Positions 13,420 through 23,705 of a stretch of 64,000 bases of DNA are shown piece after piece. The notes under the pieces were generated by a model. The model did not search any database. It was not told where the DNA came from and saw only the letters and a list, made by a program, of their open reading frames with translations. Location of the stretch: positions 160,001-224,000 of the forward strand of contig CAWJIM010000016.1 in the NCBI GenBank assembly GCA_963842945.1, written 5' to 3'. The DNA is from an uncultured Gemmatimonadales bacterium (GTDB taxonomy: Bacteria; Gemmatimonadota; Gemmatimonadetes; Gemmatimonadales; GWC2-71-9). A program made the translations under genes and the position numbers. How positions within the stretch are numbered: the stretch's first letter is position 1; every line of letters begins with the position of its first letter.

Positions 13420-14664
13420 CTATCGGGCGCAGAGGTCGCGTACACCGTCGATAAGCCGCTCGACCTCTTCCATGGTGGTGTAGCAGGCGCAGCCGGCGCG
13501 GACCAGGCCTTCGGATTGTCCCAGCCGCTGCGCCACCGTGGTGGCGTAAAAGTCTCCGCAAGACACGAAGACAGCCCGGTCCGCCAGTCGGCGCGCCACG
13601 GAGTCCGGGGAGCGGTTCGCCACTGTGAACGCCACTGTGGGCGTTCTCGGCTGGCCTGGCCTCGGCCCGTACAGGCTCACACCGTCGATCGACTCCAAGC
13701 CGGCCCACAGCCGCTGCAACAACGCCTCGCCCCTCCCGCGCAGCTCGGCAAAGGTTTGGGTCAGCCGGTGTCTCCGCGAATCTCCCTGACTGAGCGAGGC
13801 CAGGTAGTCCACCGCTGCGGCCGCGCCCACAATCCCCTCATGATTCAAGGTTCCCGTCTCGATTCGCTCCGGCACCGTATCAGGTGCGGGCAGTAGCTTC
13901 GGGACCTCGAGCGCAGCGAGGACGGCCTGCCGAGCGTACAGAATGCCGATATGCGGTCCATAAAACTTGTATGCGGAACAGGCCAGGAAGTCGCACCCGA
14001 TACGGCGCACGTTCACCGGCTCGTGAGGTGCGAGATGCACTGCATCCACGAAGGTCAGTGCTCCCGCATCTCGGGCCAGGTTGGTTGCGCGGGTGACATC
14101 ATTCACGGTCCCGAGCGCGTTGGAGGCGCCCCCGATGGCGAGCAATCGGGGGCGAGTGGCCATGAGAGCTTCCAGCCGGGACCAGTCGAGCTGTCCGGTT
14201 TGAGGAAGCATTGGAACCGTCGCAATGGTGACGCCGCGATCGCGCTCCAGGGCTTGCCAGGGCGCAATGTTGGCGTGATGGTCGAGCTCGGTCACCACGA
14301 TCGTATCGCCTGGGCCCCAGGATCGTCCCAGTGCGCGAGCCAGGTGAAAGGTGAGAGTGGTCATGTTGGCCCCGAACGCGATCTCGGTGGTGCCGGCACC
14401 AAGAAAATCCGCCAGGCATTCGCGGGCTGCCAGGATGAGCGCGTCCGTCTCCTCGCTCGTGGGATAGGGCCAATGGGTGTTGGCGTTATGCTGGTACAGA
14501 TAGGATTCCATGGCGGCCACCACACTCCGGGGTACCTGGGTGCCGCCCGGCCCATCGAAGTACGCTACTGGCACACCGCGGTGACGTCGCTCCAGAGCCG
14601 GGAAGGAAGCTCGGATTTCAGCCACGGATTGGGTTGCCAACGGGGGAGCTGTGACCGCGCTCAT
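13420..14664 (-). CDS. cysteine desulfurase-like class V aminotransferase
   Basis: YFDGPGGTQVP, DHHANIAPW, DAVH, SAYKFYGPH (PLP Lys); likely ATG at 14664. Confidence 0.88.
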   Translation of the reverse strand: MSAVTAPPLATQSVAEIRASFPALERRHRGVPVAYFDGPGGTQVPRSVVAAMESYLYQHNANTHWPYPTSEETDALILAARECLADFLGAGTTEIAFGANMTTLTFHLARALGRSWGPGDTIVVTELDHHANIAPWQALERDRGVTIATVPMLPQTGQLDWSRLEALMATRPRLLAIGGASNALGTVNDVTRATNLARDAGALTFVDAVHLAPHEPVNVRRIGCDFLACSAYKFYGPHIGILYARQAVLAALEVPKLLPAPDTVPERIETGTLNHEGIVGAAAAVDYLASLSQGDSRRHRLTQTFAELRGRGEALLQRLWAGLESIDGVSLYGPRPGQPRTPTVAFTVANRSPDSVARRLADRAVFVSCGDFYATTVAQRLGQSEGLVRAGCACYTTMEEVERLIDGVRDLCAR

Positions 14665-14840
14665 GCTGATCCTGTGATGGAGCAGGTTTACCGTGAGACC
14701 GGATGAGAAATCTTGCATGTGCCGGGCGTAACACCGTTGAACTCTCTGGCGCCCGAGACGACCTCAACGTACGTTCAACCCATATTATCCACCACCCTGC
14801 AGTGACCATCTTTCCACGATTTTTCTGCCTGGAGTTTCCG

Positions 14841-16328
14841 ATGGAGTGGCTTTGCCCGAGAGCGTTCGCCGGGTACACCGGACTGCTGTGTGCCCTGGCC
14901 GTGCTCGCCGGGTGTGGCGGGAACAGTACCGAGCCCAACGGTCCGGCGAACATCACTCTCGATCCACCATCCCTCTCATTTAACGCCCTCGGTCAGACCC
15001 AGCAACTCTCGCCGACGGTTACAGACCAACAGGGAAATGCGATCACGGACGCGGCAGTCACCTGGACCACCAGTGACCCGGCCGTGGCGAGCGTCTCATC
15101 CAGCGGTGTCGTCACCGCTGCCGGCAGTGGGTCCGCCCAGGTAACCGCCACGGCGGGTTCAGCCAGCGCCGTTGCGGAGGTCACCGTATCGCAGACACCG
15201 GCGCAGGTGGAAAAGAATCAGGGGGACGGGCAGACCGTGGTTGCAGGTCAACCGGTGCCGACGCCGCCTTCCGTCCTGGTGACGGACGCAAACCACAACC
15301 CCGTTCCGGGGGTCGAGGTGACCTTCCAGGTGACCTCCGGGCGAGGACAGGTGACCACGGGTGTGGTCGCCACGGACAACAACGGCATTGCCCAGGTGGG
15401 CAGCTGGAGTCCGGGCAGCAAAGGATCCAACGTTCTCACCGCCACAGCGGCGGGAGCCGGAATCTCGGGTAACCCCGTCACGTTCACGGCCACAGGAACC
15501 AGCGCTTTCGACATCGAGATCCAGTTCCTCAGCTCGGCAACGGCCAGTCAGCGCCAGGCTTTCACCGATGCTGCGGAGCGGTGGAGAGCCTGGTCACCGG
15601 AGACATCGAGAACATTCCGCTCCAGACCCTGGCAGACCATTGTGGCCAGGGCTCGCCGGCAGTTGAACCAGACCATAGACGACCTGCTGATCTTCGTGAC
15701 ACTCGAGCACATCGATGGACCGGGCGGAGTGCTCGGATCGGCCGGTCCCTGTTTCATTCGGAATTCCAATAATCTCAGCGTGCTGGGAGCCATGATCTTC
15801 GACAAGCAGGATCTGGCGAACATCGAGGACGCGGGGCTGCTGCAGGTGCTCATCCTGCACGAAATGGGGCATGTGCTTGGCTTCGGGAGCCTTTGGCCAA
15901 CCATGGGACTGTTGGCCGATCCGTCCTTGCCGCCGGCAACCGGTACCGATCCGCATTTCACCGGTGCACAGGCAATCACGGCCTTTAACCAGGTCGGGGG
16001 CAACGCCTATACCGGCGCCAAGGTCCCGGTCGAGAACACCGGCGGAGAAGGCACCGCAGATGGTCACTGGCGGGAGTCGGTCTTCATCAACGAGCTAATG
16101 ACCGGGTTCGTGGACCTGGGAGAGAATCCCCTGAGCGTTGTCACCGTGTCTTCCCTGGCCGATCAGGGTTACGTCGTGAACAAGGTTGGGGTCGACCCGT
16201 ACTCCCTGACTCTGAGCCTCAGAGCTCTGGGCGGACGGCACCGGTTCCAGCTGGGAAGCGATCTGCTGCGGATTCCGATCAGGAAGGTCGACCGAGCCGG
16301 ACGGGTGACTGGATACTTCCGGCGATAG
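14841..16328 (+). CDS. lipoprotein with bacterial Ig-like domains and a leishmanolysin(M8)-like Zn metalloprotease domain
   Basis: Lipobox LAGC; WTTSDPAVASVSSSGVVTA Big_2 pattern; HEMGHVLG and GHWRE...NELMTG; compensating indels near 15585-15660. Confidence 0.8.
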   Translation: MEWLCPRAFAGYTGLLCALAVLAGCGGNSTEPNGPANITLDPPSLSFNALGQTQQLSPTVTDQQGNAITDAAVTWTTSDPAVASVSSSGVVTAAGSGSAQVTATAGSASAVAEVTVSQTPAQVEKNQGDGQTVVAGQPVPTPPSVLVTDANHNPVPGVEVTFQVTSGRGQVTTGVVATDNNGIAQVGSWSPGSKGSNVLTATAAGAGISGNPVTFTATGTSAFDIEIQFLSSATASQRQAFTDAAERWRAWSPETSRTFRSRPWQTIVARARRQLNQTIDDLLIFVTLEHIDGPGGVLGSAGPCFIRNSNNLSVLGAMIFDKQDLANIEDAGLLQVLILHEMGHVLGFGSLWPTMGLLADPSLPPATGTDPHFTGAQAITAFNQVGGNAYTGAKVPVENTGGEGTADGHWRESVFINELMTGFVDLGENPLSVVTVSSLADQGYVVNKVGVDPYSLTLSLRALGGRHRFQLGSDLLRIPIRKVDRAGRVTGYFRR

Positions 16329-16343
16329 GATCAGCAGGAGAAA

Positions 16344-16378
16344 AACAAAAGGGACTCTCGGTCGGGAGTCCCTTTGTT
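16344..16378. terminator. bidirectional intrinsic terminator between the protease gene and tmRNA
   Basis: aacaaaagggactc-loop-gagtccctttgtt hairpin with A/T tracts on both sides. Confidence 0.8.
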
Positions 16379-16383
16379 GCTGA

Positions 16384-16745
16384 TGGAGGCGCAGGGAATC
16401 GAACCCTGGTCCGAGTAAGCTTCCAGAACCGCGTCTACGTGCGTAGGCTCGACTTCTTGCCGTCACTTCGGGGCGGTGCCGAGCCGACCTCCCCGAAGCC
16501 TATCTCCTGAAGATCTCGCCGACCGCGCCGGAGCGACGCGGCCAGCCAGCCCGGATTTGCGATTCGACGCGCGGCGCCCCAGGCGGGCTCCGTCTGCCGA
16601 AGGTGCGTAAGCGAGCTTAGCTCAGCTTACGCAGCCAGTGCCAGTTCAGTGTTGGCAGTTGAATCATTCCAGACGGTTTTACCAGGAACCTGGACCTGGG
16701 CACGCTGCAATTCCTTCATCAAACCCGTCGAAGCCAGTCGCCCCC
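16384..16745 (-). ncRNA. ssrA: tmRNA; tag peptide ANTELALAA (16627-16656)
   Basis: 5' GGGGGCG pairs with 3' CGCCTCCA (G3-U70); T-arm GGTTCGATTCC; internal ORF ends ALAA-TAA; CCA not encoded. Confidence 0.95.
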
Positions 16746-16755
16746 GGGTGGTGGA

Positions 16756-16761
16756 ATAATA
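16756..16761 (-). promoter_or_regulatory. putative -10 element of ssrA
   Basis: TATTAT 10 nt upstream of the mature 5' end. Confidence 0.5.
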
Positions 16762-16771
16762 GACGGACAGT

Positions 16772-16903
16772 CGGTAGGGACAGGATAGGCGGGACGGACG
16801 AGTAAGGCAGTAAGAAGGGCTGAGCAGTGATTGGTACCATATCACGTCTCACTGACGTGTCACCGGCTCATCCCCTTCCGCTTCCCGTCCTCCGCCCCTA
16901 CCG
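16772..16903. repeat. imperfect ~8-mer periodic inverted repeat upstream of ssrA
   Basis: cggtagggacagga...gcgggacgga arm vs tccgcttcccgtcctccgcccctaccg arm. Confidence 0.5.
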
Positions 16904-18302
16904 CCCCGCCGTTCCACCCGGTTCCGGCCGCTGCTCTTGGCCACGTACAGCGCGGCGTCCGCCTGGGCCGGCAGGTTGTCGAGGCTGCGGCTGGTCTCGG
17001 GGCAGGCGGCCACTCCGAACGAGGCGCTGAGCGGCCAGGCCGGCCCCGCCAGTCCCAGGGGTCGTTCCCAGCTTGAGCCGGATCCGCTCGGCGATCCGGG
17101 CGCCGAGCTCGAGGCCGGTGCCCGGCAGCCAGACCGCGAACTCCTCGCCGCCGATCCGGGCCGCGGCGTCGCCGGTCCGGATCTGCTCCCGGATGATCCG
17201 GGCGAAGTGCACCAGCGCCGCGTCTCCGGCGGGGTGACCCAGCGTGTCGTTCAGCCTCTTGAACCGGTCGAGGTCGGCGTAGATCAGCGCCCCGTCCCGG
17301 CCGTGTCAGGCGGAAGAGCCTCGTCGAGCCCGCGGCGGTTGAGGAGCCCGGTCAGCGGATCGATCGTCGCCGCGCGCTTGTGCTGGTCGGCCTCGAGCGC
17401 GCGGTCGATACGCGCGGGCCGCATTGCTGAGGGCCTCCATGATCTCGGCGCGCACCGAGCCGGTCGGCTCCCGGCCCGGCCGAGAGCCAGAGCGCCACGG
17501 CGCCGACCGGACCGGGTCCCGGCCATCGGCAGCACCAGGACGGGCTCGGGCTGCTGCCGCCGGTCGGCCACGACGCCGCCGAGGGGGTCGCCCTCGGAGA
17601 TGTGATGACTCGAGCTCGCCCGCGCGACCCGGGCGAGCTCGCTCTCCGGCGGGCAGCAACGTGTCGAGCAGGCGCCGGTCGCCTCGTCCCGAGACGCCGA
17701 TCACCCGCGACGTGCCCGCTCGGGCTGTCGTCGAGCGCCGCGACGACCACCTGCGCATCGAGCGATGCGCTCCAGCTGGTAGGCCAGCCGCAGCCCACGC
17801 TGCCCACCGACTCGAGCGACGCTTCCTGGGCTGCGCCTGGGCAGCGCGATGATCTGTGGCCGCCGGCGCACTCCTTCCAGCAGGCGGCGAAGGTCGTCTT
17901 CCGCCCGGCCAGGCGCGCCGGCCCGCCCCGTCGGGCAGCAGGAGCCCGACGGCCGCGCCGCCGCGCGTGGAACACCAGCGTGCCGCCCTCCATCCGCTCG
18001 GCCCCGCTCTGCTCCTGGTCCCGCGCCCGCTCCAGCCGGCGGTCCACGGCGACGATCTGCGCCACCGACAGCCGCTCCGGTCCACGATCCGCTCGGCCCG
18101 GGGGCCCTCTTCGCTCGGGATCCAGCTCGGCGATCCACACGCCCATCGCCTGGTGGGCGCGGCGCAGCCAGTCCAGCGCCGGATCCGGCAGCAGGTGCGG
18201 AGCCACGCCGGAGCGAGCACCCAGTGCCACTGCCGGCGGCCCAGGAGCCACCCAGCCACGCCGCACCCGCCAGCAGCGACCAGGAGGAGCCGAGGCCGTC
18301 AT
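16898..18302 (-). CDS. GGDEF diguanylate cyclase with N-terminal anchor/sensor region (frameshifted; 3' end approximate)
   Basis: IDPLTGLLNRR, DLDRFK, DTLGHPAGD, RTGD I-site, RIGGEEF, ADAALYVAK pieced together across frames. Confidence 0.85.
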
Positions 18303-19236
18303 TCCCGGAGCCAGCCCCGGCGGCGGAACCAGAGGTAGATCACCAGGGTCACCAGCACCATGGCCGCCAGGACCGCCGGATACCCCAGCGCTGCGCGAGC
18401 TCGGGCATGTACTCGAAGTTCATCCCGTAGACGCCCACGATGAACGTGAGCGGCAGGAAGAAGACCGAGAAGACCGTGAGCACCCGCATGACCTCGTTGG
18501 TGCGGTGGGAGGCCAGCGCCAGCTGGATGCTGAGCAGGTTGTTGACGTCCTCCAGCAGCTCGTCGGCGTAGAAGTGCATAGCTCTCCGCGTTCTCCCGGA
18601 CGTCCTGGAACAGCGGCGCCGTCGGCTCCGAGCCGGGCACCAGCGCTGGACGACGTCCTGGGTCTGCCAGAGCAGGCGCTTGATCAGGGTCACCCGGCGC
18701 TTGAGGATATGGATCTCGTGCAGCGTCGCCGCGGAACTCCTGGCATCGCCGAACAGCGTCGCCTCGAACGCGTCGATGCGTGCTCTCGGCCTCCTCCAGC
18801 GGCTCTCGATAGGTCGTCGAGCCGCATTGAAGAGCTCGATCAGCAGCCGGGGCATGAAGCCCTTCCGCCGCTCGCTGGTTGCCCCGCGGATGGACCGCGC
18901 TCGTACTCCTCGCATGGCGCGTGAGCAAGGCTGGTCCTTCCGATGGATGGTGATGAGGAAATCGTCGCCGTAAGAAGATCGCGATCTTGCGGGTCAGCTC
19001 CTGCACCGTGACGCAGTCGGCGGTCCTCGTCGTCCAGGCCCGCAGGATGATGAACGTGTGGAGCCGAACCGCTCGAACTTGGGCAGGTGCTCGGGGTCGA
19101 GGCAGTCCTCCACCGCGTCGGAGTGCAGGCCGTACCGCTCGGCGATGTCGGTCCAGCTCCTCGCGGGTGCGGATGCACCACGTCGATCCAGATGAACGCC
19201 GGATCCGTGCTGCTGCAGCACGGTGCGGAGCGTCAT
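18299..19236 (-). CDS. corA: CorA-family divalent cation transporter (frameshifted)
   Basis: TNEVMRVLT...[24 protein letters not shown] motif; HLPKFE. Confidence 0.88.
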
Positions 19237-19980
19237 GGGCGGCAGATCCGGCTGGCGGCGGCCGCGGCGCCGAACCCGTTGTCGATGTTGACCACGGTGA
19301 CCCCCGCCGCGCAGGAGTTGAGCATGCCGAGCAGGGCCGCGAGTCCGCCGAACGAGGCCCCGTAGCCGACGCTGGTGGGCACCGCGATCACCGGCACCGC
19401 CACCAGCCCGCCCACCACGCTGGGCAGCGCGCCCTCCATCCCCGCCACCACGATGATCGACTCGGCCCGCCGGAGCTGCTCGCCGCCGCCAGCAGCCGGT
19501 GCAGGCCGGCGACGCCCACATCGGTGAGCCGCTCCACCGGGTGCCCGAAGGCCTCGGCCACCACGGCGGCCTCCTCGGCCACCGGGAGGTCGCTGGTGCC
19601 CGCGGAGATCACCAGAATGGTGCCCGTCGGCCGTGCGCGGGCCGCTTCGCCGGCAGGTGCACGGTGCGGGCCAGCGGGTTGCCACGACCAGCCGGGAAAG
19701 CGCGCCGCAGCCGCTGCGGCTCGCTCTCGCTGGCGCGCGTGCCGAGGAACGTGCCGGTGGCCGCGTCGAGCCGCTCGCAGATGGCGACGACCTGGTCGGT
19801 GGTCTTGCCCGCGCAGAAGACCACCTCCGGCTGACCCTGGCGCAGGGCGCGGTGATGATCGATCCGGGCGAAGGCGAGATCTTCGAAGGGAAGGTGGCGC
19901 AGCCGCTCGAGCGCCGCCGCGGGGGCCAGTCGGCCCGCGGCCACCTCCGCGAGCAGGGCCTCGAGCTGCTCGGCGGTCAC
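19233..19980 (-). CDS. larB: LarB (PurE-like pyridinium-3,5-biscarboxylate mononucleotide synthase) (frameshifted)
   Basis: [65 protein letters not shown]. Confidence 0.9.
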
Positions 19981-20963
19981 GCCACCTGGGCGACCGGCTC
20001 GAGATAATCGAGGAAGATCGCCTCGGCCTCCGCGATGGACTCGACCTGGAAGAGCCGCTGGCGGAGGGCGCTCGAGCCGTGCAGCCCTCGGGTGTACCAG
20101 CCGAGGTGCTTGCGGAACTCGATGACCGTCTTGCGGGTGTCGCCCTGGAGCCGGAGCGCCAGCCGGGCATGCTCCAGCGCCACCGCGAAGCGCTCCGGCC
20201 GCATCGGGCGCGGCGGCAGCGGCTCTCGCCGCCAGCAGCGCCTGCCCGTCGCGGAAGATCCAGGGATTCCCGAACGCGCCCCGCCCGACCATGACGCCGG
20301 CGCAGCCGGTGTGCTCGCGCATGCGCAGGACGTCCTCCGCGGTCTCGATGTCGCCGTTGCCGATCACCGGAATGTCGAGCGCCTCGACCACCCGGGCGAT
20401 CTCGTCCCAGTCGGCCTTGCCGGAGAACATCTGGGTGCGGGTGCGCGCGTGCAGCGTGAACGCCGTGGCGCCGGCGTCCTGCATCCGCAGCGCGATCGCC
20501 ACCGGGTCCCGCGTCTCCTCGTTCCAGCCGCTCCGGGTCTTGACCGTCACCGGCAGGTGGGTGGCGCCGATGACCGCGCGGATGATCCGGTCGACCAGGT
20601 CCAGATCGCGCAGGCAGCCCGAGCCGCCGTTCCGCTGCACCACCTTCTTGACCGGGCAGCCGAAGTTGATGTCGATGAACTCCGGCTGGTAGTGCTCGGT
20701 GATGAGGCCGGCGGCCTCCGCCATGGCGTTCGGATCGGCGCCGTAGATCTGGATCCCGATCGGCCGCTCGACCGGCTTCGAACTCCGCGCCTTCGAGGGT
20801 GGTCCGGATGCGCCGCCGGATGGCCTCGGAGGACAGGAACTCGGACATCACGACGTCCGCGCCCATCCGCCGGCAGATCTGCCGGAACGGCGCCTCCGAG
20901 ACCCCGGCCATCGGGGCCAGGATCAGCGGGAAATGCATGCGCGGACGGATAGGGCAACTGCAT
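19977..20963 (-). CDS. dusB: tRNA dihydrouridine synthase (frameshifted)
   Basis: [45 protein letters not shown]. Confidence 0.93.
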
Positions 20964-20969
20964 GGGGAG

Positions 20970-21028
20970 AAAATACTTGGCCTATCGATTGCGAGGCTTT
21001 GACACGTCATGCAGCGCCGATGTAGGTT
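20970..21028. promoter_or_regulatory. divergent promoters for dusB (-) and PTS IIA (+)
   Basis: +: TTGACA(20999)-18nt-TAGGTT, ending 8 nt before ATG 21037; -: TATTTT 6 nt before ATG 20963. Confidence 0.6.
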
Positions 21029-21036
21029 GCCGGGCC

Positions 21037-21483
21037 ATGCAACTCAAAGATTTCTTCAGCCTCGACGCCATCTCACTCTTCGCTCCGTGGAAGCTCCAAA
21101 GACGAGATCTTGGCCGAGATGGTGTTGCTGCGAATCGATGAGCGGTCCGCCGGAACCCTGCTACGCATCCTTCAGCGGCGGGAAAATCTGGGCTCCACGG
21201 GAGTGGGACGAGGCATCGCCATACCCCACTGGTCGGTCGCTGGTGGTCAGCCGATTACGTCTGGCGTTCGGGCACAAGCGAGGGCATCGAGTTCCAGGCC
21301 ATCGATGGGCAGCCGGTCTTCAGCCTGTTCCTGATCGTCGCCCCGCCGCTCGAAATCTCGAATCAGTACCTCCCGTACTAGGGAAAATCGCACAGTTCGC
21401 CGGAGGGAGGACGTTCCCGACCGGCTCGCCGCCCTGCATCCCACGACGACTTCTTTCGCCTCCTGGAGGAGAAGGGGGTGTAA
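21037..21483 (+). CDS. PTS EIIA (Ntr/fructose-type) domain protein (multiple indels)
   Basis: MQLKDFFS..., [32 protein letters not shown] across frames. Confidence 0.8.
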
Positions 21484-21530
21484 GTAGCGCGGCCTGAGAC
21501 GTCAGATACAGAGGGATCTCCTGGCACCGA

Positions 21531-23696
21531 TTGCCCAGTGGCCTGCTGTTCCTGCTTACGCTACCGACACCGCTTCTTACCGGCCAAACCTCGAGCTCGC
21601 GGTCCGAGTTCGAGCGGCTCAAAGACTCAGTCGCCAGTACCAGCCGATACGCTTCGGCTCCTCCCGCATTACCGGCACAGCGATGGACCACTCCGCGCCG
21701 GGATCATTGGTATCCGCCTGGGTGAGCTGGGTGCCGATCCCGATTTCAGCGAGGCACTCTCGCTTCCCGCGAGGCCGCCAGCGCGCCTCTCACCGGCCGG
21801 AACCGTGGTACTGGCCTGGGACTCGCCCAGGAAGGGCGGAGCGCAGTGGGAGATGCAGGACTGACTCAGCTGGGCAGTCGCGTGGGCGGTGAAGGCGCTG
21901 GAACGGGCCAGCGCTCACCACCGCAGGGCCCTCGTAGCATCGATCCCTCGCTACACAGCGGCCGCGCATCGCATGGCGCAGTTCGACCTTTCGCTGCAGC
22001 GACACACGCCCGCGACTTGCCCAATCCATACCCGCCCTTCGGAAAGCCGCCGTAGGTCAGCCGAGGCTTCGGCGCTGACGTCGTGCTTGCCTACGGGGGC
22101 GGGTCGAGAGAGCCGCTGGGAGCCTCGCGTGGCAGCTGCGGGCGCTTTTCGCCAGTACCTTCACGCCGGGCACGAACCGCGCCCTCGGACAGCCTAGAGC
22201 TAGCGCGAACGCTGCCTGGCACTGGGTGAAAGTCCTGAGGGACAGATCGCGTATTACGAGGGTGCTTCCCTGGCTGATGCCCGTAGCCCATCATCAGATT
22301 ACCAGGCCAGACCTCGTAGCCCCTGGCGGGTGACTACCGTCCGTCGTCAGTTGGACACCTCGTGGGACTCACGGGCGAGCGCCTCGCGCTGGCGCTTGCT
22401 CCATCGCTTCTGGAACGATCGCGATCGCCTGGAGTTTCGGTCCCGAGGGAGAACGGTTACGCGAGCATTACCGCCGGCTTCAGTATGCTCGGCTTCACTT
22501 CCCCCTGACTATCAGCCGCCGTTTCTACGGCGGGCCGATGCCTATAGGTCCGGGGAGCCTTCGAAGCTCGACGACCGCGGGATCATCTACATTCGCCAGG
22601 GCGAGCCCTCGAGCGGCTTCGGCCGTTCGTGTTCGGCGCCATGCCCAACGAGTCCTGGAGCTACAGCCGGGCGGAAGGCGATTTGCTTCTGCATTTCAGC
22701 GGTGGCTTCGACGGAACGGTGGAGGCGACCTGTACGATTATCGGCTGGTTCAGAGCGTGCTCGATTTACGCGGTGCTGCCGACGCACCCCGGACCAACTG
22801 ATCCTGTCTCGGCAGACATTGTCCCCCGTTTACGCCGCATGCTGAACTGGGGTCGCTTCGGCTCGGCCGACGACGCGGCGCGGGAGCGGCAGCATTGGGG
22901 CGGCAAGCATCTGGGTAGGCACTACCAGCGATAGCTACGAGCTTCAGTTCCGCCGCAGGCTGGGGGCGGTAGCCGATCTCATCGCCGTTGGCGGAGTCCG
23001 AGGAGGCGTTAGCCCACTTCGTCTTGGGATCGCGGCACCCGGCACAACGGGCAGAGATCGCGCGGGAATCCAATATCGTGTCGAGCTCGCCTCGTGGCCC
23101 TGGACCGCCACGAACGGGCGGTCGCCACCCTGGATACGACCCTGGTGATCCGGCACGACCATGCCGCTGACTGAGAAGGAGTTCGTCGTCGGTCGGGTCG
23201 AGCTGCCGCTCCCGCCGGGCGATGGGGCTACCGCTCGGCCATGCAGGAGGGAGACAGCGGGGGCGTGATCGTTCCCCGCGACTCCGTATTGGTAGCCACC
23301 ACGGTGGGTGCCCCCGCCCTGAGCGACTCGCGCTGGGGTCGCCCGGCCGGGCCGTTCCCTGGATAACCGACGCCGGGGACACCGTACTGCTGGCGCCGTC
23401 GAAGATCTTCCGGGAAGATTCTCAAGTGGTGATCTACTATGAGGTCCGTGGTGTCAGGACTGGCGCCGGGTATCGCCACCAGATTGCCGTACTTCGAAGC
23501 GGCCGTGAAACCGGCGCCGGCGTCCGCTCGTGGCGTTGTCGTTCGAGGAAGTCGCCGCAAGCCCGGTGATCCGATCTCGCCGAGTGGTAAAGCTCGAACG
23601 GCTCAAGCAGGGCGGCTACATCGTAGAGGTGAAAGTGAGTGGTCCTGGAGGGCAACAGAGGTCAGACGGCGGCTCATCCACATCATCGGCAACTAA
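21531..23696 (+). CDS. exported GWxTD-like domain protein (heavily frameshifted)
   Basis: Signal-like start; RFWNDRD, EHYRR, LDDRGIIYIRQGEP, PNESWSY; C-terminal LSDL/IYYEV beta domain; boundaries approximate. Confidence 0.6.
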
Positions 23697-23705
23697 GCCC
23701 GTCGT

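Noticed and set aside
13420..16384. Genomic island at the ssrA 3' end
   Set aside because: No integrase, no att duplication seen, and composition matches the pur cluster
16627..16845. 72-aa ORF ending ANTELALAA
   Set aside because: It is the tmRNA tag frame extended upstream, not a protein gene
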